Source: Chloroflexota bacterium
Lineage (GTDB): Bacteria > Chloroflexota > Dehalococcoidia > Lucifugimonadales > UBA3495
Length of the DNA: 64,000 nt
Direction of reading: 5' to 3'
NCBI GenBank assembly: GCA_027623675.1
Contig: JAQBVF010000002.1
Location: forward strand, 1 to 64,000
Shown: positions 37,861-48,218 of the stretch, piece by piece
Layout of the letters: every line of letters starts with the position of its first letter
How positions within the stretch are numbered: position 1 is the first letter of the stretch
Program-made: the position numbers and the translations under genes
Notes under the pieces: generated by a model
The model's database searches: none
Told to the model about the DNA's origin: nothing
The model's input: the letters and a program-made list of their open reading frames with translations, nothing else

Positions 37861-39165
37861 TTGATGCAAAACATTCGAATTCTTGGACTGATCTCCGGGG
37901 CCGTCGCCCTCGCCGCCGTGGCCTGTGGCAGCGGTCCGGCTGCCATCCCGGCCGCGGCTTCACCCTCTCCAGCCGGCTCTTCGGCTGCAACCGCCACCCC
38001 AAGTTCCGCCACGCCGACGCCTGGGGCCGAGTCCAAAAGCGTGAAGGGAACTTTCGTGGAAATCGACCCGACCGGACTGGTTGAGCAAGACCTCGATTTT
38101 GAAGATGGCCTCCGTTCCGCCAGGTTCAGCCTGGGCGGTTGGAAGACCGATTTCAGTTACCATACCGTGCCCTATGACGAGTTTCTCTCGGGCGGGCCGC
38201 CCAGGGACGGCATACCCCCGCTGGATAACCCTCGATTCGATTCCATCGACCAGGCCGACGGCTGGCTGGCCGGCATGGAGCCGGTGATCTCCTTTGAGAT
38301 AAACGGAGACCAGCGGGCCTATCCGCTGCAGGTGCTGATCTGGCACGAGATCGTGAATGACGTGGTGGGCGGGGTGCCGGTCGCGGTTACGTTCTGCCCA
38401 CTCTGCAACAGCGCCATCGTTTTCGAGCGCACGGTGGGCGGCCGGGTCCTGGACTTCGGCACCACAGGCAATCTGCGGAACAGCGACCTGGTCATGTGGG
38501 ACCGTCAGACCGAGTCTTGGTGGCAGCAATTCACGGGCGAAGCCATCGTCGGCGTCATGGCGGGGACCAGATTGACCTTCCTGCCGGCGCCCATCGTGTC
38601 TTGGCAGGACTTCATGACCTATCAGCCCGACGGCAAAGTCCTGAGCAAGGACACCGGGTTCGACCGCCGGTACGGGCAGAACCCCTACGTTGGCTATGAC
38701 CGCGTCGACGAGCCGCCGTTCCTTCTACTGGGGGACTCCGACGGCCGCCTGCAGCCCAAAGAACGGGTTGCCGCCGTCACCGTGGATGGGGTGAACGCGG
38801 CGTTCCCCTTCGCCGTTCTCGCCGAGGAAGGCGCCGTGAATTATCGAGTTAACGGCGTTGATCTGGCCGTGTTGTTCAAGTCCGGCACCAACTCGGCCCT
38901 GGACGGCGCCCGGATCGAGTCGTCCAAAGACATTGGCTCAACCGGGGTTTTCAAATCGGAACTCAACGGCCAAAAGTTGACATTCACCGCCACCGACGGC
39001 AGTTTCACCGACGCCGAGACGGGTTCCACTTGGAACATCCTGGGCGAGGCCACTAACGGCCCTTTGACCGGGGAGCGGCTGACTAAGATGGTCCACGCCG
39101 AGCACTTCTGGTTCGCCTGGGGCGCGTTCAAACCGGACACTCTGATCTACCACGGCGTGGGCTGA
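37861..39165 (+). CDS. DUF3179-family lipoprotein
   Basis: Lipobox AVAC, GGPPRDGIP, RAYP..L.WHEIVND, TFCPLC, DRQTESWWQQ, FWFAW. Confidence 0.85.
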   Translation: MMQNIRILGLISGAVALAAVACGSGPAAIPAAASPSPAGSSAATATPSSATPTPGAESKSVKGTFVEIDPTGLVEQDLDFEDGLRSARFSLGGWKTDFSYHTVPYDEFLSGGPPRDGIPPLDNPRFDSIDQADGWLAGMEPVISFEINGDQRAYPLQVLIWHEIVNDVVGGVPVAVTFCPLCNSAIVFERTVGGRVLDFGTTGNLRNSDLVMWDRQTESWWQQFTGEAIVGVMAGTRLTFLPAPIVSWQDFMTYQPDGKVLSKDTGFDRRYGQNPYVGYDRVDEPPFLLLGDSDGRLQPKERVAAVTVDGVNAAFPFAVLAEEGAVNYRVNGVDLAVLFKSGTNSALDGARIESSKDIGSTGVFKSELNGQKLTFTATDGSFTDAETGSTWNILGEATNGPLTGERLTKMVHAEHFWFAWGAFKPDTLIYHGVG

Positions 39166-39373
39166 TGCGGCGCTGACGCCCCGCTCGATATATTGCTCCA
39201 TATGTTGATCGGAACCGGTGATTTAGGCCGGGATGAACCAAGCAAAAACCGGACCAACGCCTTGCAGGCGGTCTCTAGGACGCATACACTTGATTGCAAG
39301 CCGACTTATCAATAGTCACCCGCTAAATAAATCACTTTCAGATAGCCTCTCTGGCACTCCCCAGGAGACCCCG

Positions 39374-39961
39374 ATGTCGAGTCAAGAAGAGACCACGGCG
39401 GCAGACCTGGAGCGCGCATTCACCGAGATTGTTGAGCAATATTCCGACCTGGCCTACAGCGTCGCCATCCGCATGCTCCGGAACGCTGAAGACGCTGAGG
39501 ACGCCGTGCAGGAAGCATACATCTCGGCCTTCAAGGCCCTGCCCAAGTTCAAGGGCCAGTCCAAGCTTTCCACCTGGCTCTACCGCATCGTCGTCAACGC
39601 CTGCTTGATGAAGATCCGCAAGGACAAGTCCCGGGCCAAGTACATCTCCGAGAAGAACTTCGACGACGCCATCGTCTACGATTGGAAGAATGACCCGGAA
39701 GATGCGGCGGTAAACAGCGAGCTACGCTCGAATCTGGAGGAGGGCCTGGACCGGCTTCCACCCGACCTCCGCGCTGCCTTGGTGTTGAGAGACATCCAGG
39801 GGCTTTCAACCGAGGAAGCCGCCGAAGCCCTGAATATCTCCATCGCCTCCATGAAATCGCGCCTGCACCGTGCCAGGGTCCAACTTCGGAAACGGCTGGA
39901 TGAGTACGCCGCCCTCTCCCGATCGACCGCCCCGGAAGCAGAGGTCGACGCCGGCGGCTAA
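39374..39961 (+). CDS. ECF RNA polymerase sigma factor
   Basis: DAEDAVQEA, STWLYRIVVN, LRDIQGLS.EE.AEAL, KSRLHRAR; AGGAG RBS. Confidence 0.92.
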   Translation: MSSQEETTAADLERAFTEIVEQYSDLAYSVAIRMLRNAEDAEDAVQEAYISAFKALPKFKGQSKLSTWLYRIVVNACLMKIRKDKSRAKYISEKNFDDAIVYDWKNDPEDAAVNSELRSNLEEGLDRLPPDLRAALVLRDIQGLSTEEAAEALNISIASMKSRLHRARVQLRKRLDEYAALSRSTAPEAEVDAGG

Positions 39962-40158
39962 CCCGTCGGTCGCCAGGGTGGAAATGCACCGTCTCCCGGC
40001 CCGATTGGTAGTGACAACCTGTCCCCGGTTCGCTACCATATCCTGGGGATTTAGATTCCCTATAGACTCGATCAAAGATTCGATTCGTGTGTCGAGATTC
40101 CGGGTTCAGCCAGTCGATGAATCTCGGTGAAGGCTCGCAGACTTTAGGGGGTTCCACC

Positions 40159-42171
40159 TTGGCTGACCAGGCTCTTGACCAACTCTGTATCAACACCATC
40201 CGATTCCTGGCCGTGGACTCTGTCCAAAAGGCCAAGTCCGGACACCCCGGCGCACCCATGGGACAGGCGCCCATGGCCTACGCATTGTGGGACCGTTTCC
40301 TAGAGCACAACCCCGCCGACCCGACGTGGCCCAACCGCGACCGCTTGATACTTTCCTCCGGCCACGCGTCGGCCCTGTTGTATTCCCTGCTCCATCTCAC
40401 GGGCTACGACCTGTCTCTGGACGATCTGAAACAATTTCGTCAGTGGGGCAGCCGCACCCCAGGCCACCCAGAGTACGGCATTACACCAGGAGTTGAGGCC
40501 ACCACCGGCCCCTTGGGGCAGGGTTTCGGCAACGCCGTGGGCATGGCACTGGCCGAGAGGTGGCTGGCGGGGCGTTTCAACCGGCCGGGCCACGAGATCA
40601 TCGATCATCATACCTACGCCATAGTTTCTGACGGCGACCTGCAAGAGGGCATCGCGTCGGAGGCCGCGTCCATGGCCGGCACCCTGGGTTTGGGCAAGCT
40701 CATCACGCTCTATGACGACAACGAAGTGTCCATCGAGGGCAGCACCGACATCACTTTCAAAGAGACTGTGTCCCAGCGGTTCGAGGCCTACGGCTGGCAC
40801 GTGATCGGACCCATCGACGGCATGGACGTGGAGCAGGTCACTGCAGCTTTGACCGCGGCCAAGGCCGAAACCGGCAGGCCCAGCATCATCGTCTGCACCA
40901 CGGTGATCGGCTACGGAAGCCCCAACAAGGCAGGCAAAGCCTCAGCCCACGGCGACCCCCTGGGCGATGAAGAGGTTAGCCTGGCAAAACAAGCGTTGGG
41001 ATTTGGATTCGATGAAGCATTTTCCATCCCCGCCGAGGCCGGCGCCCACCTGGGTCTGGCCGGCGAGCGGGGCAAGTCGCGACAGGCGGCCTGGGATGCG
41101 GCTTTCAGTGAGTACCGGGAAGCTTACCCCAAGGAAGCGCAACAGCTGGACGACGCACTCCACGCACGGCTTCCCGACGGCTGGGATGCCGGGCTAGACG
41201 GCCTGTTCGACGAACCCAAGCCCATCGCGACACGGGAGGCATCCGGTCGGGTGATGAACGCCATCTCCAACGGCGTGCCGGCGTTCCTGGGCGGGTCGGC
41301 CGACCTGGCCCCATCCACCAAGACGATATTGAACGACCGGGGGCACATCGCGTCCGGAGATTATTCCGGTCACAACATACATTTCGGCGTGCGCGAGCAC
41401 GCCATGGGCGCGGTGGCCAACGGTCTGGCCCTCCACGGCGGCGCTATCCCCTATACGGCCACGTTCCTGGTCTTCTCCGACTACATGCGCGGGTCCATCC
41501 GGCTGGGGGCGCTCATGGGCAAGCAGGTGGCCTACATCTTCACCCACGATTCCATCGGAGTTGGCGAAGACGGCCCAACCCATCAGCCCATCGAACACCT
41601 TATGGCGCTGCGCGAGATACCAGGCCTGGTGGTCAGCCGGCCGGCCGACGCCACCGAGACGGTGGAGGTCTGGCGCGCCGCCATGACCCGGCAAGAAGGC
41701 CCCACCGCCATGGCATTTACCCGCCAGAACCTGCCGGTGTTGGACCGGACCAAGCTGAGCCCGGCGTCCGGCGTGCTGAAAGGCGCCTACATCCTTCGTG
41801 AGAGCAGCGGCCCGCCCCAGTTGATCATCATCGCCACCGGGTCCGAGGTCCACATCGCACTGGAAGCCGCTGAGATTCTGGAGACCGAGGGGATCGCCGC
41901 CAGGGTGGTCTCCATGCCGTCTTGGGAGCTGTTCGACAATCAGCCCAAGGAATACCGGGACCAAGTTCTGCCCCCCTCGCTGCGAGCCCGGGTTTCCGTT
42001 GAAGCCGGATCCACCAAAGGGTGGGAGCGGTACGTAGGTCTGGACGGCGCCTGCGTCGGCATGAACGGCTACGGCGCATCGGCCCCAGCCGGGGTGCTCT
42101 ACGAGAAATTCGGCATCACCGCCGAGCGCGTCGCCGATGAGTCCCGGAAGTTGATCAACGGGGCCGGTTAG
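40159..42171 (+). CDS. tkt: transketolase
   Basis: [46 protein letters not shown]. Confidence 0.96.
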   Translation: MADQALDQLCINTIRFLAVDSVQKAKSGHPGAPMGQAPMAYALWDRFLEHNPADPTWPNRDRLILSSGHASALLYSLLHLTGYDLSLDDLKQFRQWGSRTPGHPEYGITPGVEATTGPLGQGFGNAVGMALAERWLAGRFNRPGHEIIDHHTYAIVSDGDLQEGIASEAASMAGTLGLGKLITLYDDNEVSIEGSTDITFKETVSQRFEAYGWHVIGPIDGMDVEQVTAALTAAKAETGRPSIIVCTTVIGYGSPNKAGKASAHGDPLGDEEVSLAKQALGFGFDEAFSIPAEAGAHLGLAGERGKSRQAAWDAAFSEYREAYPKEAQQLDDALHARLPDGWDAGLDGLFDEPKPIATREASGRVMNAISNGVPAFLGGSADLAPSTKTILNDRGHIASGDYSGHNIHFGVREHAMGAVANGLALHGGAIPYTATFLVFSDYMRGSIRLGALMGKQVAYIFTHDSIGVGEDGPTHQPIEHLMALREIPGLVVSRPADATETVEVWRAAMTRQEGPTAMAFTRQNLPVLDRTKLSPASGVLKGAYILRESSGPPQLIIIATGSEVHIALEAAEILETEGIAARVVSMPSWELFDNQPKEYRDQVLPPSLRARVSVEAGSTKGWERYVGLDGACVGMNGYGASAPAGVLYEKFGITAERVADESRKLINGAG

Positions 42172-42330
42172 CTTTCCCGCTGCCAACGAGCCTCGGAGGC
42201 GCATCCTTCTGCCGGTGATTGCATCTCAACTGAAGTGCGGCCTGCTCGCGAACGGGCCCTTCCGCGAATCGGCCTTTCTGACAACGGGGAAAATACGGGC
42301 GGGGGTCCAACCGCCACCTGATCTGGGGAT

Positions 42331-43701
42331 GTGATGCGGAAGTTTGACATCATTGTGATTGGCTCCGGCTCCGGCCTGGAAGTCTCCTCCGACCTCTCGG
42401 ATGAAGGCTGGTCGGTCGCGGTGATCGAAGAGGGCCCCTTCGGCGGCACCTGCCTCAACCGCGGTTGCATCCCCTCAAAGTTGCTCATCCACTGCGCCGA
42501 CGTCATGCAAACCGTCCAGAACGCCGCCAGATTCGGTATCCACGCTAAGGTCGAGCGCATCGACTGGCCTTTCATCGTCAACCGCGCCTTTGAAGAGGTG
42601 GACGCTGACGCGGCGATGATCGAGCGGGGCAACCGCCAAAGCGAGAATATTGAGGTCTTCAAGGGCCGTGGCCGCTTCACCGGCCCAAAGACCCTTGAAG
42701 TGAACGGCGAACAACTGACCGCCGAAACGGTCCTGATCGCCGCCGGCGCCCGGCCATGGGTGCCCGAGATTCCCGGCCTGACGCAGACTCCGTACGTCAC
42801 GTCCGACGAAGCACTGCGCCTGCCCGAGCAGCCAAAACGGCTCACAGTGGTGGGGGGCGGGTACATCGCGGCGGAGTTGGCCCATTTCTTTGGGGCTTTG
42901 GGCACGGAGGTGACCATCATCCACCGCCGGAGAACCATGCTCCGGGAGGAAGACGACGAAATCGCCCGCCGGTTCACCGAGGTCTATCAACGGCGCTTCA
43001 ACATGGTGCTGGACTCCCAAGTATCCGGTGTCTCGTCCAAAGACGGGGAGATAACGGTTGCGGTCACGACTCCGGACGGGCCTAAGACGATTACCTCGGA
43101 CACCCTGCTGATGGCCACCGGCCGCGTCCCCAACACCGACATACTGGACGTGGGCAAGACCGGGGTGGCGGTCAACCAACGGGGCTACGTTAAGACCGAC
43201 GAATTCTTGCAGACCAACGTGCCCGGCATTTGGGCCTTGGGCGACATCGTGGGCCGGTATCTGCTGAAGCACAGCGCTAACCTGGAGGCGGCCTACGCAA
43301 CCAACAACATCCTCAACCCAGACAACCCGGCGGCGGTGGACTACCACGCCATGCCCCATGCCGTGTTCGCCTCACCCCAGGTGGCGTCGGTGGGCATGAC
43401 CGAAGAAGAAGCCGAGGGCCGGGGCGCATCCTACGTCACCGCCAGCTATAACTACTCGGACACCGCCTACGGGGCGTCCATCGAGGACAAAGACGGCTTC
43501 GTCAAGGTGCTGGCCGACCCTGGGTCCGGCGATATCCTGGGCTGCCACATCATCGGGACCGACGCGGCAACCCTGATTCAGGAAGCCGCCAACGCGATGC
43601 GGCTGCGGTTGGGCGTGGACGCAATCACCCAGTCGATCTACGTGCATCCCGCGCTGCCCGAGGTGGTGCAAAGGGCCTTCGGCCAACTACCGCTCGAATA
43701 A
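42331..43701 (+). CDS. disulfide reductase (mycothione reductase/LpdA-like)
   Basis: GGTCLNRGCIPSK, GGGYIAAE, WALGD, YVHPALPEVV. Confidence 0.85.
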   Translation: MMRKFDIIVIGSGSGLEVSSDLSDEGWSVAVIEEGPFGGTCLNRGCIPSKLLIHCADVMQTVQNAARFGIHAKVERIDWPFIVNRAFEEVDADAAMIERGNRQSENIEVFKGRGRFTGPKTLEVNGEQLTAETVLIAAGARPWVPEIPGLTQTPYVTSDEALRLPEQPKRLTVVGGGYIAAELAHFFGALGTEVTIIHRRRTMLREEDDEIARRFTEVYQRRFNMVLDSQVSGVSSKDGEITVAVTTPDGPKTITSDTLLMATGRVPNTDILDVGKTGVAVNQRGYVKTDEFLQTNVPGIWALGDIVGRYLLKHSANLEAAYATNNILNPDNPAAVDYHAMPHAVFASPQVASVGMTEEEAEGRGASYVTASYNYSDTAYGASIEDKDGFVKVLADPGSGDILGCHIIGTDAATLIQEAANAMRLRLGVDAITQSIYVHPALPEVVQRAFGQLPLE

Positions 43702-43772
43702 ACGCCGAGCCGGCAGTGAGGTTTCGGCGACCCGGGTTAGACAGCCCGGTTTAGATATAAAGGAGTTCACCT

Positions 43773-44720
43773 GTGGAATTGGGAATGATTGGCCTGGGAA
43801 GGATGGGCGGCAACATGGCCCAGCGGCTTTTGGTGGGGGGCCACCGGGTGGTCACCTATGACCGCGACCCGATGGCCATCGCCGGACTTCAGGTACTGGG
43901 CGGGGAGGGGGCTTCTTCCCTGGCTAACGTGGTCTCCCGGCTCTCCACTCCCCGCGCATTGTGGATCATGGTGCCGGCCGGGCAGCCGACCGAGGACACA
44001 ATCGACGAGCTGGCCCCGCTGCTCAGTCCGGGTGACGCCATATTGGACGGCGGCAATGCCAACTATAAGGACAGCATGCGCCGGGCCGCCAAGTTGGACG
44101 AGCATGGCATAAAATTCATCGACGTCGGCACCAGCGGCGGCATCTGGGGCCTGGCCGAGGGCTATTGTCTGATGGTCGGCGGCGAAGAAGCGACGGTTAC
44201 CCGTTTGGAACCCATCTTCCGCACGCTGGCCCCCAGCCCAACCCAGGGCTACAGCCGGGTCGGGCCCAGCGGCGCCGGTCATTTCACCAAGATGGTGCAC
44301 AACGGCGTGGAGTACGGCCTGATGCAGGCGTACGCCGAGGGCTTCGAGTTGCTGGAGGCCAAAGAGGAGTTCGGCCTGGACCTTCAGTCCATCGCCGAGA
44401 CCTGGCGTTACGGCAGCGTGGTGCGGTCCTGGCTTTTGGACCTGGCCGCCGCTGCCCTGGCAGAAGACCCCGGACTGGCAACCCTTGATTCGTACGTTGA
44501 CGACTCCGGCGAAGGCCGCTGGACGGTGGACGAATCGGTGGAGTTGGCCGTGCCCATCCCGGTAATCACCATGGCCCTGCAAGCCCGGTTCCGGTCGCGG
44601 CAGGAACGGCCATTCGGAGGCCGCATGCTGGCCGCGCTGCGGAACCAGTTCGGCGGTCATGCCGTTCGAAAATCCGGTCAAAGCCCCAGTACACCTCCCG
44701 GCCAAAGCTCCGGTCAATGA
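43773..44720 (+). CDS. gnd: 6-phosphogluconate dehydrogenase, decarboxylating (short type)
   Basis: GLGRMG, DGGN, GTSGG, GHFTKMVHNGVEYG, DSGEGRWT, RNQFGGH. Confidence 0.94.
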   Translation: MELGMIGLGRMGGNMAQRLLVGGHRVVTYDRDPMAIAGLQVLGGEGASSLANVVSRLSTPRALWIMVPAGQPTEDTIDELAPLLSPGDAILDGGNANYKDSMRRAAKLDEHGIKFIDVGTSGGIWGLAEGYCLMVGGEEATVTRLEPIFRTLAPSPTQGYSRVGPSGAGHFTKMVHNGVEYGLMQAYAEGFELLEAKEEFGLDLQSIAETWRYGSVVRSWLLDLAAAALAEDPGLATLDSYVDDSGEGRWTVDESVELAVPIPVITMALQARFRSRQERPFGGRMLAALRNQFGGHAVRKSGQSPSTPPGQSSGQ

Positions 44721-46207
44721 CGTCTGATTCCGGGGACCAGGTCCCGGCGCAAACAACCACGATCGTGATTATGGGCGCCTCGGGAGACCTGGCGCGCCGC
44801 AAACTGATCCCGTCGCTGTGCAGCCTGTTCTGCAAGGGCAGGTTGGGGCCGGAGGTGCGGATCGTGGGGATGGCCCGTACCCGCCAGACGGAACAGCAGT
44901 TTCGCGAGTCGCTGGCTGAGGGGATGGAGGAGTTCGCCCACTTCAGCCCCGGCTCTGACGCCTGGGATGAGTTCATCTCCCGCGTCGGCTATTGCTATGG
45001 CGACGTCACTTCCCAAGACGACCTGGAAAACCTGGATGAAACCCTGCGGGGGATCGAATCGCCCGGCCAACCGGCCAACCGTTTGTACTACTTGGCATTG
45101 GCGCCTTCCCTGTACGGACCGGCGGTGTTGAACCTGGGCGCCACTGGAATGGCCCGCGAGACCGGCTGCTGGCGGCGGGTGGTCATCGAGAAACCCTTCG
45201 GTTCCGACCTGGCCACGGCCCAAGAACTGAACCAGGTGGTCCACTCGGTCTTTTCCGAAAGCCAGGTATTCCGCATCGACCACTACCTGGGCAAGGAGAC
45301 GGTCCAGAACCTCTTGGTTTTCCGGTTCGCCAACACCATATTTGAGCCGATCTGGTCCCGGAGCTACATCGATAACATTCAGATCACCGTCTCAGAAACC
45401 GTGCCGGTCTCCGAGCGCGCCGGTTACTATGATCAGGCTGGGGTGCTCCGGGATATGTTCCAGAACCATCTGCTTCAACTGCTGACCGTGGTTGCGATGG
45501 AGCCGCCCTCCAATTTCCAGGCTGACCTGCTCCGCAATGAAAAGGTTAAGGTGCTGAACGCCGTGCGCCGGCCCACTTTGATCGAACACGGTGGAACCAG
45601 GGGAAACCACGAAACCAGCAGGATCGCTGTCACCGGCCAGTATGGCGGCTATCTTGACGAGCCGGGCGTGCCCAGCGGCTCGCGGACTCCCACCTACGCG
45701 GCGGTCCGTTTGGACATCGACAACTGGCGTTGGCAGGGGGTGCCGTTCTACCTCCGCTCCGGAAAGGCGCTGGAGGACAAACGCACCGAGATCATCATTC
45801 AATTCCGCAAGCCGCCCCACATGATGTTCGCCCACGAAATCACCGCCAACATATTGGCCATCCAGGTGCAACCGCACGAGGGATTGCACATCGAGTTCCA
45901 GGCCAAAACCCCGGACGAAAAGATGGAGATGCGACCCGTGGACCTAGAGTTTCATTACGAGGACTCGTTCGGCGGAATGGACCTGCCCGACGCCTACGAA
46001 CGCCTGCTCCTGGATGCAATGAATGGCGACGCCTCGCTGTTCACCCGGAGCGACGAGATTGAGGAAGCCTGGGAGATAATTGACCCAATCATCCAGTCGC
46101 TGCCGGCCCCGGACCACTATAACGTGGGCAGCCGGGGGCCGGAAGCAGCCGATGACCTCCTGGCCAAAGACGGTCGAAGGTGGCTGGATCCCCACTCCAG
46201 GTTCTAA
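44717..46207 (+). CDS. zwf: glucose-6-phosphate dehydrogenase
   Basis: GASGDLARRK, EKPFG, RIDHYLGKE, WQGVPFYLRSGK. Confidence 0.96.
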   Translation: MTSDSGDQVPAQTTTIVIMGASGDLARRKLIPSLCSLFCKGRLGPEVRIVGMARTRQTEQQFRESLAEGMEEFAHFSPGSDAWDEFISRVGYCYGDVTSQDDLENLDETLRGIESPGQPANRLYYLALAPSLYGPAVLNLGATGMARETGCWRRVVIEKPFGSDLATAQELNQVVHSVFSESQVFRIDHYLGKETVQNLLVFRFANTIFEPIWSRSYIDNIQITVSETVPVSERAGYYDQAGVLRDMFQNHLLQLLTVVAMEPPSNFQADLLRNEKVKVLNAVRRPTLIEHGGTRGNHETSRIAVTGQYGGYLDEPGVPSGSRTPTYAAVRLDIDNWRWQGVPFYLRSGKALEDKRTEIIIQFRKPPHMMFAHEITANILAIQVQPHEGLHIEFQAKTPDEKMEMRPVDLEFHYEDSFGGMDLPDAYERLLLDAMNGDASLFTRSDEIEEAWEIIDPIIQSLPAPDHYNVGSRGPEAADDLLAKDGRRWLDPHSRF

Positions 46208-46312
46208 GGCCGGGCGCCGGGCGGTTCTTTTCCCGGTGTTTGATTCAAGCAGATCCGTGGGGGATGATTAACACGGATGATTATCGATGATTATTAACGT
46301 AGGAATCTTTCT

Positions 46313-48187
46313 TTGACCTATAAGCAGATACACGAATACGGTCTCATCGGCGACATGCACGGCTCGGCCCTGGTTGCGTCCGACGGCTCCATCGACTGGT
46401 GCTGCATCCCCAGGTTCGACTCGCCGGCGCTTTTCAGCAAGATATTGGACGACCACAACGGCGGGTTCTTCAAGTTAACGCCCAGCAATATCCACAGTGT
46501 CACGCGCCGTTACCGTCCTGACACCAACGTCTTGGAGACCAGTTTCAACACCTCCAGCGGCTCTGGGATCCTCTACGACTTCATGCCGGTCCACCATCAC
46601 TCGGTCATGCCGCGGGCGCCGCGGGAAGTGACCGAGACTCAGCGGGTTGTGCGCATCCTCCACTGTACTCAAGGCCGCCTGGATTTCGAGATGGAATGCT
46701 GTCCCAAGTTCGACTACGGGACCATCGTGCCCCACGCAGCGCTGAGCACTCCCCATACCGGCATCGCCCACGGGGGCTCCGATGCGGTGTCGGTCTTCTG
46801 CTCGGCCCCACTAACCCTGGTCAACGACGGGTTCCGGGCCAGGGGAGCCATCTTTGAGCAGGAAAAGCTTTACGCCACGGTCTCCAACCAGTCATCGTTC
46901 TCCCACCATACCGAGCCTCTAACCCCGGAAAAACTGGACCAGGAATTGGACGACACCACGGCCTTCTGGGAGGGTTGGGCGGCCCAATGCACATTCCGTG
47001 GTGAACACCGCGACGCGGTTGTCCGCAGTGCGCTGACCCTCAAAGCTCTAACCTACGCACCATCCGGCGGTCTGGTCGCCGCGCCCACCACGTCCCTGCC
47101 TGAAACCATCGGCGGCGTGCGTAACTGGGACTACCGGTACACCTGGATCAGGGACGCCACGTTCGCCCTGTACGCCCTTTCCATCATCGGCTTCACCGGG
47201 GAAGCCAGGGCGTTCAAGGACTGGCTGGAATGGAGCACATCGGGCCGGGCGCGCGACCTGCAGGTGATGTACGGTCTGGGAGGAGAACGGCGGCTCACGG
47301 AGATCGAGATTCCGGAGCTGGACGGCTACGAACGCTCCAGACCGGTGCGCATCGGGAACGGGGCCTATAACCAGTTCCAGTTGGACATCTACGGCGAGAT
47401 CATGGACTCGGCCCATATCTTCCGGAAATTCGGCGGCTCAGTGGACGCCGAATACTGGGAGTATCTACGCCGGGTGGTCAATTTCGTGATCGACCACTGG
47501 CAGGAGCCAGACGATGGCATCTGGGAAACCAGAGGCGGGCGCCAACACTTTGTGTTCTCCAAGGTGATGTGCTGGGTGGCCATGGACCGGGCCATCAAGG
47601 CCGTCGACACAATGGGGCTGCCCGGCGACGTTAAAGTCTGGAGGACGGTCCGAGACCAGATCCGGGACGAGGTGATGGACAAGGGTTACTCGGAGAGCCG
47701 TCAGGCGTTCGTCCAGTCCTACGGCAGCAAGAACCTGGACGCCGCCAACCTGATGCTGCCTCTGGTGGGGTTCATCCCGGTCACCGACCCTAAGATGCGC
47801 TCAACCATCCGGGCGATCCAATCGGAACTGACCAACTCCAACGGATTTGTGTACCGCTACCGGGATTTCGACGATGGTCTGGGCGGATCGGAAGGCACGT
47901 TCACCATCTGCACGTTCTGGTTGGCCGACAACCTGATACAGATCGGAGAGCTGAAAGAGGCCCGGCATCTTTTTGAGACGGCAATGAGCTGCGCCAACGA
48001 CCTGGGCCTCCTCAGCGAGGAATATGACGACGCGACCAACACCATGCTGGGCAATTTCCCTCAGGCGTTCTCCCATATGGCGATGATCAACACGGCGGTC
48101 CATCTGCAGGTGGCGGAGGAAGGTACTGAATCGCCTCTGGCGCGCTTGTCACTCGTTCGAGGCGCAAGTATCATTCCCCCAAAGTGA
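46313..48187 (+). CDS. glycoside hydrolase family 15 (trehalase/glucoamylase-like)
   Basis: AAPTTSLPE.IGG.RNWDYRYTWIRD, GIWE.RG, GLLSEE, GNFPQAFSH. Confidence 0.92.
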   Translation: MTYKQIHEYGLIGDMHGSALVASDGSIDWCCIPRFDSPALFSKILDDHNGGFFKLTPSNIHSVTRRYRPDTNVLETSFNTSSGSGILYDFMPVHHHSVMPRAPREVTETQRVVRILHCTQGRLDFEMECCPKFDYGTIVPHAALSTPHTGIAHGGSDAVSVFCSAPLTLVNDGFRARGAIFEQEKLYATVSNQSSFSHHTEPLTPEKLDQELDDTTAFWEGWAAQCTFRGEHRDAVVRSALTLKALTYAPSGGLVAAPTTSLPETIGGVRNWDYRYTWIRDATFALYALSIIGFTGEARAFKDWLEWSTSGRARDLQVMYGLGGERRLTEIEIPELDGYERSRPVRIGNGAYNQFQLDIYGEIMDSAHIFRKFGGSVDAEYWEYLRRVVNFVIDHWQEPDDGIWETRGGRQHFVFSKVMCWVAMDRAIKAVDTMGLPGDVKVWRTVRDQIRDEVMDKGYSESRQAFVQSYGSKNLDAANLMLPLVGFIPVTDPKMRSTIRAIQSELTNSNGFVYRYRDFDDGLGGSEGTFTICTFWLADNLIQIGELKEARHLFETAMSCANDLGLLSEEYDDATNTMLGNFPQAFSHMAMINTAVHLQVAEEGTESPLARLSLVRGASIIPPK

Positions 48188-48218
48188 TTTCCCATTACCC
48201 CATCGGAGAGCGTCCAGG

